From Escherichia phage vB_Eco_F25: a stretch of DNA of 64,000 bases. Shown one piece after another: positions 20,319 through 30,167 of this stretch (positions are counted from its first letter, which is position 1; every line of letters begins with the position of its first letter). Location of the stretch: sequence record OP870144.1; one strand, 5' to 3'. A model generated the notes under the pieces. That model did no database searches, was not told the DNA's origin, and saw nothing but the letters and a program-made list of their open reading frames with translations. The translations under genes were made by a program, and so were the position numbers.

Positions 20319-21778
20319 AGACCAGTTACCTCATGAAAATCACCAAATACATCCTCGAATGTATTAGCTTTAGTTTTATCTTCACGTAAACGAATCGCAA
20401 TCGGAAGAAATAATTTAACGTAATCAGTACGTCCATCTAATTTTACCCAGCCGTTGCATTCGCACTCTAGAATTTTTCCAATATAATAATTTTGGTTTTC
20501 CATAATGCGAGTACGGTCAAGTTCATGCGATTTTACGCCGGCTTTATCTTTTAAGCCTGAACCAGCATTTACTTTAATTTTTCCACACTCTGACTCAAGA
20601 ATAAATCCACCTGCTTTAGTAGGGTCTTTACGGTGAGGATAAATTCCTACAATTTTTAAATCAACATCAATTACTTCTTTAAATTTATAAAGATTTTTTG
20701 AACGAGCATTTTCCCATAATCCATCGATATTTTTGAGAATAATACCTTCAAGACCTTGGTCAATATACTTTTTGTAAATTACCTTAGCTTCATCTAGGTT
20801 ATTTACTACTTGGTTTTCAATTAAAATTACTTTATCATAGCCTGATGTCATTTGTTCTAGTTTAGAAAAACGTACATCATATTTTAAACGAAACGCCGGA
20901 AGACCGTATATTTCTACCAACGGAACATAATCCCAGACCTGAAACTTCATGCATTGAGCTTCTTTTTCTGAAATAGTTCCCTTTAAAGATTTATTAGCGA
21001 TTCCATTAGAAGTAGTACGTGATTCAGCTACTTCGGCGAATTCTTTAGCTTTACTAATTTCAGGATAAGCATCAAAAAGAAAATCTAGGCCTTCTGGCTC
21101 CTTTTCAACTTGCTCATGGTATACCAATTCGCCATCAATTAACACACCTTCTGGATGAATCTGGCGAGCTTCTGCAGTCATTTTGATTAACTCTTCTTTG
21201 AGAAGATCTAATCCTAGATATTCATTACCAGCTCGTGATAAAAGACGAACATCATCTAATTCATCACCTCTGACTTCAGCAAAGCACCGAGCTCCATCAG
21301 CTTTTAATTGGGCAAAGGCTGGAAATTTGATATTCTTATTAATGCCTTTTTCATCATAAGAACTTGCCAGCATTTGAGGTTGTTCAGGAATTAAACCTGG
21401 CCAAACTTTGTTTGCAATAGATACTGATGCACCACATTCAAGGTCTCGCATCATCACCCGACGCAAAACTTCAACATCATCTTTTTTACCGTCAGCAATA
21501 TATCCAGTTAATTCCTCAATTGCCGCATTTCCGGTCAATTTCCGAGTAGCTAACGTGAATTCAATGAAGTCAAGCATATCGGTAAGAGTCAACATTCCAA
21601 AACTCTGGGTAGCAATACCAGGTTTAGGCCATTTCTTGATATAATACTGTAACCCACGAGAATAAGTCAGACGATATACTCGTTTAAGCAATTCATTATC
21701 TTTATTCTTTTCAAGAATTGCTTGCTTCTGCTTAGTTGAACCAATAGATGCTATTTCGTTCAGAATTTTAAGAATCAT
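20315..21778 (-). CDS. 30: ATP-dependent DNA ligase gp30
   Basis: 487-aa ORF (T4 ligase length); sequence MILKILNEIASIGSTKQKQAILEKNKDNELLKRVYRL… recognised; contains ligase KxDG adenylation motif (LKADGARCF). Confidence 0.95.
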   Translation of the reverse strand: MILKILNEIASIGSTKQKQAILEKNKDNELLKRVYRLTYSRGLQYYIKKWPKPGIATQSFGMLTLTDMLDFIEFTLATRKLTGNAAIEELTGYIADGKKDDVEVLRRVMMRDLECGASVSIANKVWPGLIPEQPQMLASSYDEKGINKNIKFPAFAQLKADGARCFAEVRGDELDDVRLLSRAGNEYLGLDLLKEELIKMTAEARQIHPEGVLIDGELVYHEQVEKEPEGLDFLFDAYPEISKAKEFAEVAESRTTSNGIANKSLKGTISEKEAQCMKFQVWDYVPLVEIYGLPAFRLKYDVRFSKLEQMTSGYDKVILIENQVVNNLDEAKVIYKKYIDQGLEGIILKNIDGLWENARSKNLYKFKEVIDVDLKIVGIYPHRKDPTKAGGFILESECGKIKVNAGSGLKDKAGVKSHELDRTRIMENQNYYIGKILECECNGWVKLDGRTDYVKLFLPIAIRLREDKTKANTFEDVFGDFHEVTGL

Positions 21779-22044
21779 TGTTCATCCTTTAGAGTTTGGT
21801 TTACAGCTCTATTATAAATCAATTCATCATTAAGCTCAGTCAAAGACCTATGGTACGTGGTTCTAACTTTATTTCCTTGCATCCAGTGCTTGACGTAAAT
21901 AAAACCTTGCTCTACACATTTTTTAAAAATTCGTTCGTCTTTTTGAGCTCGGAATTCTGGATTGCATCTAAAAAATTGATTTACGTGACCGTAATCACGT
22001 GTAGTATTACCTTCATTTTCATAAATAGTGTGAACGACAAACAT
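21775..22044 (-). CDS. Hypothetical protein (T4 30.1 position)
   Basis: 89-aa ORF overlapping neighbours by 4 nt each side. Confidence 0.6.
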   Translation of the reverse strand: MFVVHTIYENEGNTTRDYGHVNQFFRCNPEFRAQKDERIFKKCVEQGFIYVKHWMQGNKVRTTYHRSLTELNDELIYNRAVNQTLKDEQ

Positions 22045-22886
22045 TAGAATGCTCCTTGGAAAATATTATCACCACTAGTAGGTCTATTATACAAATACTC
22101 TATGCCACCAGGTTTAATATAGTTCCATGTATGAAATGGATGCACATGATATGGATGTGTATAATATGGATGGTATGGATTTAATCCAGGAGTTCTCCAG
22201 GTAGTATTCCAACGAAAAGAATCGTTTTTAATCATCTTTTCAATTACATCTTTTATAGCTTTTTCACTATCAAAACTTTCTTTATTTTCCTTCGATGGAA
22301 AAAGCTTATTCTCTACATCATTCCATGTATAAACTCGCTGAGCGGTTTTTGGAATACTGTCACGCTCCCCTCGAGCCATCCAATAAACAGGAACATTTAA
22401 TATTTCACTCGCATGATCGCAGTGGTGAGCGAGATCGTCAATATAACAAATTACGTTATATTTCTCTTTTGCCTTTTTGAACAACTCTTCTTTTGAAGAA
22501 TCATGACCACACATCAATACTTCTGAGAAGGCACCAGGAAAAAGAGCATTCAAATTAAATTGACGATTCAGCAGAGCGTCAATAGAATCACCCAATGCTG
22601 TAACAGCTACAAAATTATAATCTTCTTTTAATTTGTTAATTACGCACAGGGCATCTTTATATGGAGACAAATAGCGAATAAAATCTGAACGATTATACTT
22701 TTCGATTAATTTAACACCGAGTTCTTCATCGCAATTAAAGAGCTTACCAGGAGAAATAAATTTTTCGTCCTGAATCATTTTTAAAATATGTTCCAACGGA
22801 AGATTATATTTTTGGGCAAAATAAGGAAGGCCCGATTGCCAGCTTAAACACACCCCGTCAATATCAGTCAAAATAGTAGGCTTCAT
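22044..22886 (-). CDS. HAD-superfamily-like hydrolase with His/Pro/Tyr-rich C-terminal tail (T4 30.2 position)
   Basis: 280-aa ORF; N-terminal LTDIDGV resembles HAD motif I (DxDx[T/V]); C-terminus NPYHPYYTHPYHVHPFHTW is a low-complexity H/P/Y repeat. Confidence 0.6.
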   Translation of the reverse strand: MKPTILTDIDGVCLSWQSGLPYFAQKYNLPLEHILKMIQDEKFISPGKLFNCDEELGVKLIEKYNRSDFIRYLSPYKDALCVINKLKEDYNFVAVTALGDSIDALLNRQFNLNALFPGAFSEVLMCGHDSSKEELFKKAKEKYNVICYIDDLAHHCDHASEILNVPVYWMARGERDSIPKTAQRVYTWNDVENKLFPSKENKESFDSEKAIKDVIEKMIKNDSFRWNTTWRTPGLNPYHPYYTHPYHVHPFHTWNYIKPGGIEYLYNRPTSGDNIFQGAF

Positions 22887-23347
22887 AGAGAGTCTCTTAA
22901 TAGGTTTAACACATCAATAAATTCAGCTTCGGTTAGTATTGTATCATCTTTTGTTAGACCACTAGCCATGCTGTGCTTCAAAACTTTTCCTTTCGAGGCT
23001 TGTAATGCATCACGAAAACCCCTGTTTTGGATCGCTGCTTCAAAATATGCATTTGTGTATAATTCTTTCCATGCTGGAGAGTATCTTGAAAATGGAACTC
23101 CAAGCCAGAACAACGTGCCACGGTCCTGAGCTCTAGCATAAGACCTTCCAGCTTGTTGGGCGGCAAGCCCGGATAACCCAAATATACGTCTTTGCTGTTC
23201 AACATTTTTCACCTTACATCCTTGGAGGAATCCTTCGAGACCTCCAAATTGGATACCATCCATAACAAAAGGCCATTGGGCGAAATTACTTAATGCACAT
23301 GATGGCCATCTAAAATTGCTTCTAATCTCTAGCTCAGACATTTTCAA
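22883..23347 (-). CDS. NADAR/YbiA-like domain protein (T4 30.3 position)
   Basis: 154-aa ORF; segment LSNFAQWPFVMDGIQFGGLEGFLQGCK resembles the conserved core of YbiA/NADAR (DUF1768) proteins as I recall it. Confidence 0.55.
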   Translation of the reverse strand: MKMSELEIRSNFRWPSCALSNFAQWPFVMDGIQFGGLEGFLQGCKVKNVEQQRRIFGLSGLAAQQAGRSYARAQDRGTLFWLGVPFSRYSPAWKELYTNAYFEAAIQNRGFRDALQASKGKVLKHSMASGLTKDDTILTEAEFIDVLNLLRDSL

Positions 23348-23540
23348 TACTTATAATTTCAACATCAGCCCAATGACCATAGCAAGGAAGACGAAATTCA
23401 ATTGGCCAGTTAGGGTCCTTTTCTAATATAATAGACTTAACTTGCGGTTCTTCATGTTCATCGGTATACGGACCTTTATATGTTACTTTATATGTGACCT
23501 TAATGTACTGAATTCCAAAAATCTTATTAATTATATTCAT
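23334..23540 (-). CDS. Hypothetical protein (68 aa)
   Basis: ORF with AAGGAA RBS; overlaps upstream ORF end. Confidence 0.5.
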   Translation of the reverse strand: MNIINKIFGIQYIKVTYKVTYKGPYTDEHEEPQVKSIILEKDPNWPIEFRLPCYGHWADVEIISIENV

Positions 23541-23635
23541 ACTAATTCCTTTAATCCATAGATAGGAGATAATTCATCGCCCATACGAAGGTCTTCATTT
23601 CCATCTACCCAGGAAACAATATAAGCCTCTTTTAT

Positions 23636-23734
23636 TTAAATACCACTCCATTTAAATGGAGGTAGAACCTTAGAAATTAATCCAGGTATACCAACTCCCT
23701 TTAATTCAACAGTTTGACCTAAAAAGAATTTCAT
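23636..23734 (-). CDS. Small ORF (32 aa), translationally coupled
   Basis: Manual translation MKFFLGQTVELKGVGIPGLISKVLPPFKWSGI; ATG overlaps the stop of the upstream 95-aa ORF (TAATG). Confidence 0.3.
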   Translation of the reverse strand: MKFFLGQTVELKGVGIPGLISKVLPPFKWSGI

Positions 23735-24021
23735 TAGAACCTCATCTGAAAGCCATGTGATTTAACATTACCGCCGCCAATATCAGAAATATTAATTTCA
23801 CGCGCAATTGAAGGGTCAATGTCAATTTCACGATTGAGTTTAGTGATAGCTAAAGTATCGCGGCCATTTACAGTACGGAACTCTAAAGGGCAGACTATAT
23901 TAACATAGTTTTTAATCGATTCACTAGTAGGTTGCAAATGAGCAGGAAGGTCTTTAGGCGCCTTTGAGAAAACCACTTCACAGAAATTTTTACGGGTATC
24001 AAAATAAGTAGTCATAAACAT
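23734..24021 (-). CDS. Hypothetical protein (95 aa)
   Basis: ORF in co-oriented early block preceded by GC hairpin at 24038-24053. Confidence 0.55.
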   Translation of the reverse strand: MFMTTYFDTRKNFCEVVFSKAPKDLPAHLQPTSESIKNYVNIVCPLEFRTVNGRDTLAITKLNREIDIDPSIAREINISDIGGGNVKSHGFQMRF

Positions 24022-24062
24022 AGTATTTTCCTCAGTAAGGGGCCGAAGCCCCTCATTTTATT

Positions 24063-24428
24063 TTAAATATCAAATTCGTTAAGAACTACATCAAAGATTG
24101 CTTCAAGATGCTCAGGTTTAGCTCTGTTACTCAAAATATGACGAATCCAAGTTTTAACCAGAAGCTTACGATTAACGCCATTCCAGCAAGGATGAGTCCC
24201 TAAATCGCGTTGACGGAAATCATCATCTAATGCGATTTTAAAAGAAGAACCTTCTTTCGTGATTGAAACCGTGATGCCATTTTCAAATCGCATATAAACG
24301 TAGTTAGGAGTCATATACTGTTCAATTTCGCATACTGATCCATTTTGATGTTTCCAAAGGCAGATAGTATCAATAGAACCTGCAATACCATTAGAAACAT
24401 ATTTACGTTCAAAGTTGATGTAGTTCAT
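24063..24428 (-). CDS. Hypothetical protein (121 aa)
   Basis: ORF with early promoter (24464-24494) upstream. Confidence 0.6.
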   Translation of the reverse strand: MNYINFERKYVSNGIAGSIDTICLWKHQNGSVCEIEQYMTPNYVYMRFENGITVSITKEGSSFKIALDDDFRQRDLGTHPCWNGVNRKLLVKTWIRHILSNRAKPEHLEAIFDVVLNEFDI

Positions 24429-24463
24429 TTTTATTCTCCGAGATGTTTAATTGCGGTACAGGT

Positions 24464-24494
24464 ATATAATATCATATCCTGTACCAAAGTAAAC
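24464..24494 (-). promoter_or_regulatory. Early promoter upstream of the 121-aa ORF
   Basis: Minus strand GTTTAC…TATTAT with AT-rich upstream region. Confidence 0.5.
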
Positions 24495-24496
24495 AA

Positions 24497-24829
24497 TTAT
24501 TTTACTACTTTCCAATGTTGCATGTCAAGTTTACCAACTTTTTTCATCTTCTCAATTAAGCGTTCGGCACGTTGGCGGGCTGTAACATAATACCATTCAC
24601 CTAATTCATTTTGTTCAATTTTTCCAACGATTACTGTATTCAATTCATAAATCCAGCCAGTAAAGAAATTATGAACTTGGATTGTAAAGGTGAAATCTGT
24701 TCCCATACCTTCTGTTGTTTCTACTTCAATAATATCACCTTCAACTGCCATTAAGAACCACATAGTTTCATCATATTTACCATTGAAGCATTTAGTTTTA
24801 ACCGCAGCGTTCAGATTAATCGTTTTCAT
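24497..24829 (-). CDS. Hypothetical protein (110 aa)
   Basis: ORF with early promoter (24857-24886) upstream. Confidence 0.6.
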   Translation of the reverse strand: MKTINLNAAVKTKCFNGKYDETMWFLMAVEGDIIEVETTEGMGTDFTFTIQVHNFFTGWIYELNTVIVGKIEQNELGEWYYVTARQRAERLIEKMKKVGKLDMQHWKVVK

Positions 24830-24856
24830 TTTATTCTCCTTTGTTTGTGTAAGATA

Positions 24857-24886
24857 ATACTATCACAAAGGAACTATACTGTAAAC
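24857..24886 (-). promoter_or_regulatory. Early promoter upstream of the 110-aa ORF
   Basis: Minus strand GTTTACA-17-TAGTAT. Confidence 0.5.
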
Positions 24887-24915
24887 AACTTTGTGCAATC
24901 TTTGGAAAATAAAAA

Positions 24916-24935
24916 AGGACTCCCGAAGGAGTCCT
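24916..24935 (-). terminator. Stem-loop downstream of the small basic protein ORF
   Basis: Hairpin AGGACTCC-CGAA-GGAGTCCT. Confidence 0.45.
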
Positions 24936-24939
24936 CAAC

Positions 24940-25158
24940 TTATGCTTTCTGCTTACCAAAACGAGAAGCATCATCTCGAAGAACCGCACGTGCTCGGCGC
25001 ATGATCTTCTCAACAGTTTGATTGATACGAGAGTTCGACCCACGCTTGTAACCAGCGCGTTTAGAATCACCAACTTTCTTTTCAACTGCTTTCTTTGCTT
25101 TAGCTTGTTTTGCCATTATAAATTCTCTTTTAAATGAAAATGCAGGACTTATTGGCAT
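24940..25158 (-). CDS. Small highly basic protein (start ambiguous: 25158 or internal ATG at 25118)
   Basis: 72-aa ORF, Lys/Arg-rich (…MAKQAKAKKAVEKKVGDSKRAGYKRGSNSRINQTVEKIMRRARAVLRDDASRFGKQKA); followed by terminator-like hairpin at 24916-24935. Confidence 0.5.
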   Translation of the reverse strand: MPISPAFSFKREFIMAKQAKAKKAVEKKVGDSKRAGYKRGSNSRINQTVEKIMRRARAVLRDDASRFGKQKA

Positions 25159-25515
25159 TGCCTGCGCAAGCCCTCAAGGGGAACATAGGTTTTTGAATAT
25201 TTAACGACCAGGATAACCATAAACCTCGTCATCATACCTTATAGCTCTTATCTGTTGCACACCGTTAGCTTAAAGGTTCCGGGTTCGATTTCTCGAGGAT
25301 AAGATATATACTGATGGATATATAGGCCTTGAGGCGTACTCCCGATTGGCCATCACCTCGGGGTAGCATGCACTTGCCGCTATAAGAATAACATTCAAGA
25401 GGTACACCGTAAAACTGCCGGGGTCTTAAAACTATAATGATTCGCAAATCATTAATCAGACAGTTCGACGGCTCCTCGATTTTAGCTCACACTAAGGCAG
25501 TGAATCTCCAATAAA

Positions 25516-25764
25516 TTACTTCAGTGTTACCACAAAGTGACGAACTGCTTTTCGTGCAGCAGAAGCCAGAGGCTTAGCATATTTAAGTTCATCTTTTTCC
25601 TGAAGCTCAGCAGCTAATGCAGTTTGAGCAGGATTCAGATGTTTGAAATAACGCAGGATTTCAAGAGCTTCGGCTTCAACATCAATAGATGCGCCATAGT
25701 TTTCGTGACCATTATTCCATGCGTTTCGTTGCAGTTCAAGAGCGTGTTGTAATTGTTTAATCAT
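25516..25764 (-). CDS. rIII: rIII lysis-inhibition accessory protein
   Basis: 82-aa ORF (T4 rIII length); sequence MIKQLQHALELQRNAWNNGHENYGASIDVEAEALEILRYFKHL… recognised; TATAAATA late promoter upstream on - strand. Confidence 0.9.
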   Translation of the reverse strand: MIKQLQHALELQRNAWNNGHENYGASIDVEAEALEILRYFKHLNPAQTALAAELQEKDELKYAKPLASAARKAVRHFVVTLK

Positions 25765-25882
25765 TTAAAAATTCTCGTTAGAGATTAAAACTCGGTAGTC
25801 ACGTTCTTCTGAATTTCATCTTCTTTCGACAGATCTCTCAGTTGTAGACTACCACATAGAATTGAAACTCAATTCATATTAT

Positions 25883-25890
25883 TATTTATA
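25883..25890 (-). promoter_or_regulatory. Late promoter (TATAAATA) upstream of rIII
   Basis: Minus-strand TATAAATA between gene 31 stop and rIII start. Confidence 0.5.
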
Positions 25891-26226
25891 TCACTTATAA
25901 AGACACGGAATAGCTTTATAGTGACAGGTAACGAATTTTTGTTTAATTTCTTTTGGCTGCTTAAGACCCAGAGCTACAAAAGGATGCGGAACGTTTCGAA
26001 TTTGACCAACTGGCAGAGAAGTCAAATCACCAACTTCGCAGAAACCTTCAGGAACATCAGGACCAACAGAGTGAATTACACACAGTTCAGGAACTTCACC
26101 TTGAACACGTTTACCAATAATAAGTCCTGATTCTGTGACTTCTTCATCACCGGCTTGCGCAGGTTCAGAAACTAAAATAACATATTCACCGACAGCACGA
26201 ATTGGTAGCTGTTGTACTTCAGACAT
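25891..26226 (-). CDS. 31: Co-chaperonin gp31 (GroES analogue)
   Basis: 111-aa ORF (T4 gp31 length); recognised sequence; MotA-box middle promoter upstream. Confidence 0.92.
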   Translation of the reverse strand: MSEVQQLPIRAVGEYVILVSEPAQAGDEEVTESGLIIGKRVQGEVPELCVIHSVGPDVPEGFCEVGDLTSLPVGQIRNVPHPFVALGLKQPKEIKQKFVTCHYKAIPCLYK

Positions 26227-26256
26227 CGTTTTTCCTTTTTGTTAACAGATGAATTA

Positions 26257-26282
26257 ATAATAACAAATAATTCTTAAAGCAT
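26257..26282 (-). promoter_or_regulatory. MotA-dependent middle promoter for gene 31
   Basis: Minus strand reads ATGCTTTA-12 nt-TATTAT about 30 nt upstream of the gene 31 ATG. Confidence 0.5.
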
Positions 26283-26591
26283 TTATTTACCAATAAATTG
26301 GAGTAAATGCTCAACTTTCATACCATTAACAGAAATCAATTTGTCAATAGAAAAACCTCGCCATGCACCGAGTTCAACATCAAATATCGGAATCATATCA
26401 GTAGATTCTTTCCGAGTAGATTCAGTCAATTTACCGGTTTGCATAGTTGGCATAAAGTCAGCATCACGAGTGCCTTTCATAGTACGAATAGTACCATCAG
26501 ACTTTTCAAAAACCACGTTTGAAATACCCATGGACAATTTAGTTTTCAAAATTTCACGAATTGCTACTTTCTGTTCAGTTGTCAATTTCAT
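26283..26591 (-). CDS. Hypothetical protein (T4 31.1 position)
   Basis: 102-aa ORF. Confidence 0.6.
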   Translation of the reverse strand: MKLTTEQKVAIREILKTKLSMGISNVVFEKSDGTIRTMKGTRDADFMPTMQTGKLTESTRKESTDMIPIFDVELGAWRGFSIDKLISVNGMKVEHLLQFIGK

Positions 26592-26828
26592 TTATTTACC
26601 TATTACAGTTTTAATATGGGTTGTTCCACGTTCTTTAAGAGTGGAAAGCAATTTTTGGCATTTTTCTAAATCAGATTTCCAACTATACGGCCTATCAATA
26701 CAAACCCATTCTGACTTATAATACTGTTTCCATTTAGAGAAAAAATATTTCTTATACTCTACAGCAAATGAAATGTTCTCATTAGAATAAGAACTAATTG
26801 CTGTGAGTTGTACCAAACGAAATTTCAT
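26592..26828 (-). CDS. Hypothetical protein (T4 31.2 position)
   Basis: 78-aa ORF, abutting neighbours. Confidence 0.55.
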   Translation of the reverse strand: MKFRLVQLTAISSYSNENISFAVEYKKYFFSKWKQYYKSEWVCIDRPYSWKSDLEKCQKLLSTLKERGTTHIKTVIGK

Positions 26829-27409
26829 TATTCACCACAGAATTCGTTGATATTTTCCCAGTTTAACTTATTCAAGTTTTTCTTAGGAACATTGAACACT
26901 TCAATACCTGCATTTCGCAGAATATCATCCCAGCCAGGTTTATTTTTATCGTATGTTTCGCAATAAACCAGCTTTTTAATACCAGATTGAGCTATCGCTT
27001 TTGCACAATCTGGGCAAGGAGAAAGTGTTACATACATAGTAGCACCTTCAATTGAAGAACCGTTTCGTGCAGCAAACAAAATCGCATTTAGTTCAGCATG
27101 AATTTCATTTTTAGACGACCATTCAGAGTGAGCACTGCGGTGTTCTTTCGCCAAGACAAAACGATCAGTTGAACCAAACGATACGCATTCGGGCTTATGA
27201 CCTTGAATGATAGTATGTTTAGGTTTATTCAGCAACCAACCTTGCTCAGCAGCATAATCACAACAGTTCACACCCCCGGCAGGTGAACCATTATATCCGG
27301 TAGAAATAATACGTCCATTCTTTTCAATTACTGCTCCTACCTTCCAGGAGCAACATTTTGATTCTTGTGATACTAAATATGCAATTTGAAGTACTGTACT
27401 CGCTTTCAT
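26828..27409 (-). CDS. cd: dCMP deaminase
   Basis: 193-aa ORF with cytidine/deoxycytidylate deaminase zinc-binding motifs (HAELNAI … PCPDCAKAI); T4 length. Confidence 0.93.
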   Translation of the reverse strand: MKASTVLQIAYLVSQESKCCSWKVGAVIEKNGRIISTGYNGSPAGGVNCCDYAAEQGWLLNKPKHTIIQGHKPECVSFGSTDRFVLAKEHRSAHSEWSSKNEIHAELNAILFAARNGSSIEGATMYVTLSPCPDCAKAIAQSGIKKLVYCETYDKNKPGWDDILRNAGIEVFNVPKKNLNKLNWENINEFCGE

Positions 27410-27744
27410 TTCATAATCACCAGATAAGCAGATTTAGCAGTTTCAACACGATAAATTTCGTGACGAAGTTTAGTTATACTTTTAATAACAGAACTAATTA
27501 TATTCTGCCCGTCTTTAAAGCGGTTTTTCTTATCAATAAAAATTGCACCAGCCATCTTTTTGTGAAGCTCAACTGGATACTTCGTCACAATAATAGCGTC
27601 ATATACAGAAGGATGAATACTATTCACTAGAGTATCATTCATTAAAGTTATTCTAATGAACTGTGCTGTTTCAGAATCAAGCGCTCTATGATCGCCAGTA
27701 TCATTTTCAAGACAATTATCAATTATATCAGTTAAATTCATCAT
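27406..27744 (-). CDS. Hypothetical protein (T4 cd.1 position)
   Basis: 112-aa ORF, 4-nt overlaps. Confidence 0.55.
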   Translation of the reverse strand: MMNLTDIIDNCLENDTGDHRALDSETAQFIRITLMNDTLVNSIHPSVYDAIIVTKYPVELHKKMAGAIFIDKKNRFKDGQNIISSVIKSITKLRHEIYRVETAKSAYLVIMK

Positions 27745-27977
27745 AGTACGCCATACACCCTTTGTGCTTCAACTAATCCATCAAAATCCAGTTTAAGATG
27801 CGATATTTGATCGCCATCACCTGGATTCACAATTACTAATACTGAACGAGGAGTTTCGGTAATAACACGAACCGATGTTTCGGGAAATCGTTCAGAAACC
27901 TTATTTACCAATTCCTGAGCAAATAGTTTAACTTTTTCTTGGAATTCTTTAACAGTAATTGGTTTTTCACTTAGCAT
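27741..27977 (-). CDS. Hypothetical protein (T4 cd.2 position)
   Basis: 78-aa ORF; early promoter at 28008-28037 upstream. Confidence 0.55.
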   Translation of the reverse strand: MLSEKPITVKEFQEKVKLFAQELVNKVSERFPETSVRVITETPRSVLVIVNPGDGDQISHLKLDFDGLVEAQRVYGVL

Positions 27978-28007
27978 TTCAATTTCCTCATTTATTTTGG
28001 TAGAGCT

Positions 28008-28037
28008 ATAATATCACAACTCTACCGTAAAGTAAAC
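28008..28037 (-). promoter_or_regulatory. Early promoter upstream of the cd.2-position ORF
   Basis: Minus strand GTTTACT-17-TATTAT. Confidence 0.5.
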
Positions 28038-28039
28038 TA

Positions 28040-28315
28040 TTAAATTGCTTTGAATTCTGATGTCTGTGATTCAAAGCGAATATCGCCTTTGATGACTAGC
28101 TCAGCATCAAGACCGAATACGACAATAATATGAGCAGAACCTGGATACAGCGTAATAGCAACAGAATCCACCTGGTCTGGAAGCAAAGTGTTCAATACAT
28201 GAGTCACTTGAGCGTGGATTCGAAGCTCAGCTGCATTATCAAGTTTTTCAAACATATTATTAGCTATAATTTGGCTAAACACTACTTCTACGATTTTAGA
28301 GTAAGTCGGAAACAT
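28040..28315 (-). CDS. Hypothetical protein (T4 cd.3 position)
   Basis: 91-aa ORF. Confidence 0.55.
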   Translation of the reverse strand: MFPTYSKIVEVVFSQIIANNMFEKLDNAAELRIHAQVTHVLNTLLPDQVDSVAITLYPGSAHIIVVFGLDAELVIKGDIRFESQTSEFKAI

Positions 28316-28317
28316 AT

Positions 28318-28518
28318 TTACCTCGCATAATTTTCTTCAAGCCAATTAATAACATCCAACGCATTATCAAAAGTTGAACCATCTATTATTTCTTCTGTTT
28401 CATAATCAAGAATATCTAAGTCTACTCTTCCATCAACAATAGGCCATAAACAAAATAGATATTTCTTTTCTTTTTCAATTTTATCACAAAGTCGATAAAT
28501 CTTTTCTATGTTATTCAT
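28318..28518 (-). CDS. Hypothetical protein (T4 cd.4 position)
   Basis: 66-aa ORF. Confidence 0.5.
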   Translation of the reverse strand: MNNIEKIYRLCDKIEKEKKYLFCLWPIVDGRVDLDILDYETEEIIDGSTFDNALDVINWLEENYAR

Positions 28519-28707
28519 AAGTTTTCCATGGTAAAGGCAGTTTAGTTTTCTTTACTGTTAGTTCAACATCAGGATTCTTTTCTCTTAATTTAAGGCATTC
28601 CTCCCAAGCTCTTATTTCACTAGTGAATACACAAAATTGCCCATTACTAGTACCAACTAAACCACTATTTACAATAACAATAGACCAAGTTTCATGATGC
28701 CACGCCA

Positions 28708-28708
<1 letters not shown>
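28511..28708 (-). CDS. Hypothetical protein (T4 cd.5 position)
   Basis: 65-aa ORF from internal ATG that overlaps the pseT stop (TAATG); the track ORF extends to 28738. Confidence 0.45.
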
Positions 28709-29933
<1,225 letters not shown>

Positions 29934-29936
29934 TTA

Positions 29937-30167
29937 TTATTTCTCAACCAATGATTGAATATAATCATGCAGGTCTTTAGATGCTTTACCCCACTTATTT
30001 TGGTATTCATTTTTAAGATTAGCCCGAGATTGAGCTAATAAAACATCATTAGTTGGAGGTAAAGATTCTAACCGTTGAATCTGGCGTCCATAAATCATTG
30101 CAGCCATCTCGGATTCATAAATCAATCCTTTGAGATGTTCAAATTGATGCCATGAAATCATTTGCAT
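29937..30167 (-). CDS. Hypothetical protein (76 aa)
   Basis: ORF in co-oriented block. Confidence 0.5.
   Translation of the reverse strand: MQMISWHQFEHLKGLIYESEMAAMIYGRQIQRLESLPPTNDVLLAQSRANLKNEYQNKWGKASKDLHDYIQSLVEK

Noticed and set aside
24461-24470. Plus-strand TATATAAT extended -10-like sequence
   Set aside because: It is the reverse complement of the -10 region of a minus-strand early promoter; there is no plus-strand gene downstream
24831-25085. 84-aa minus-strand track ORF overlapping the small basic protein gene
   Set aside because: Alternative frame of the same DNA; the basic-protein frame gives the more protein-like product. Both remain unverified
25270-25300. tRNA-like T-loop motif (GGTTCCGGGTTCGATTTCTCG)
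   Set aside because: I could not build a matching T-stem, acceptor stem or anticodon arm around it on either strand, so no tRNA call; should be rechecked with tRNAscan-SE
25265-25447. 60-aa track ORF inside the 357-bp non-coding gap
   Set aside because: Low-complexity product (MRIIIVLRPRQFYGVPLECYSYSG…), no RBS, not translationally coupled; more likely non-coding
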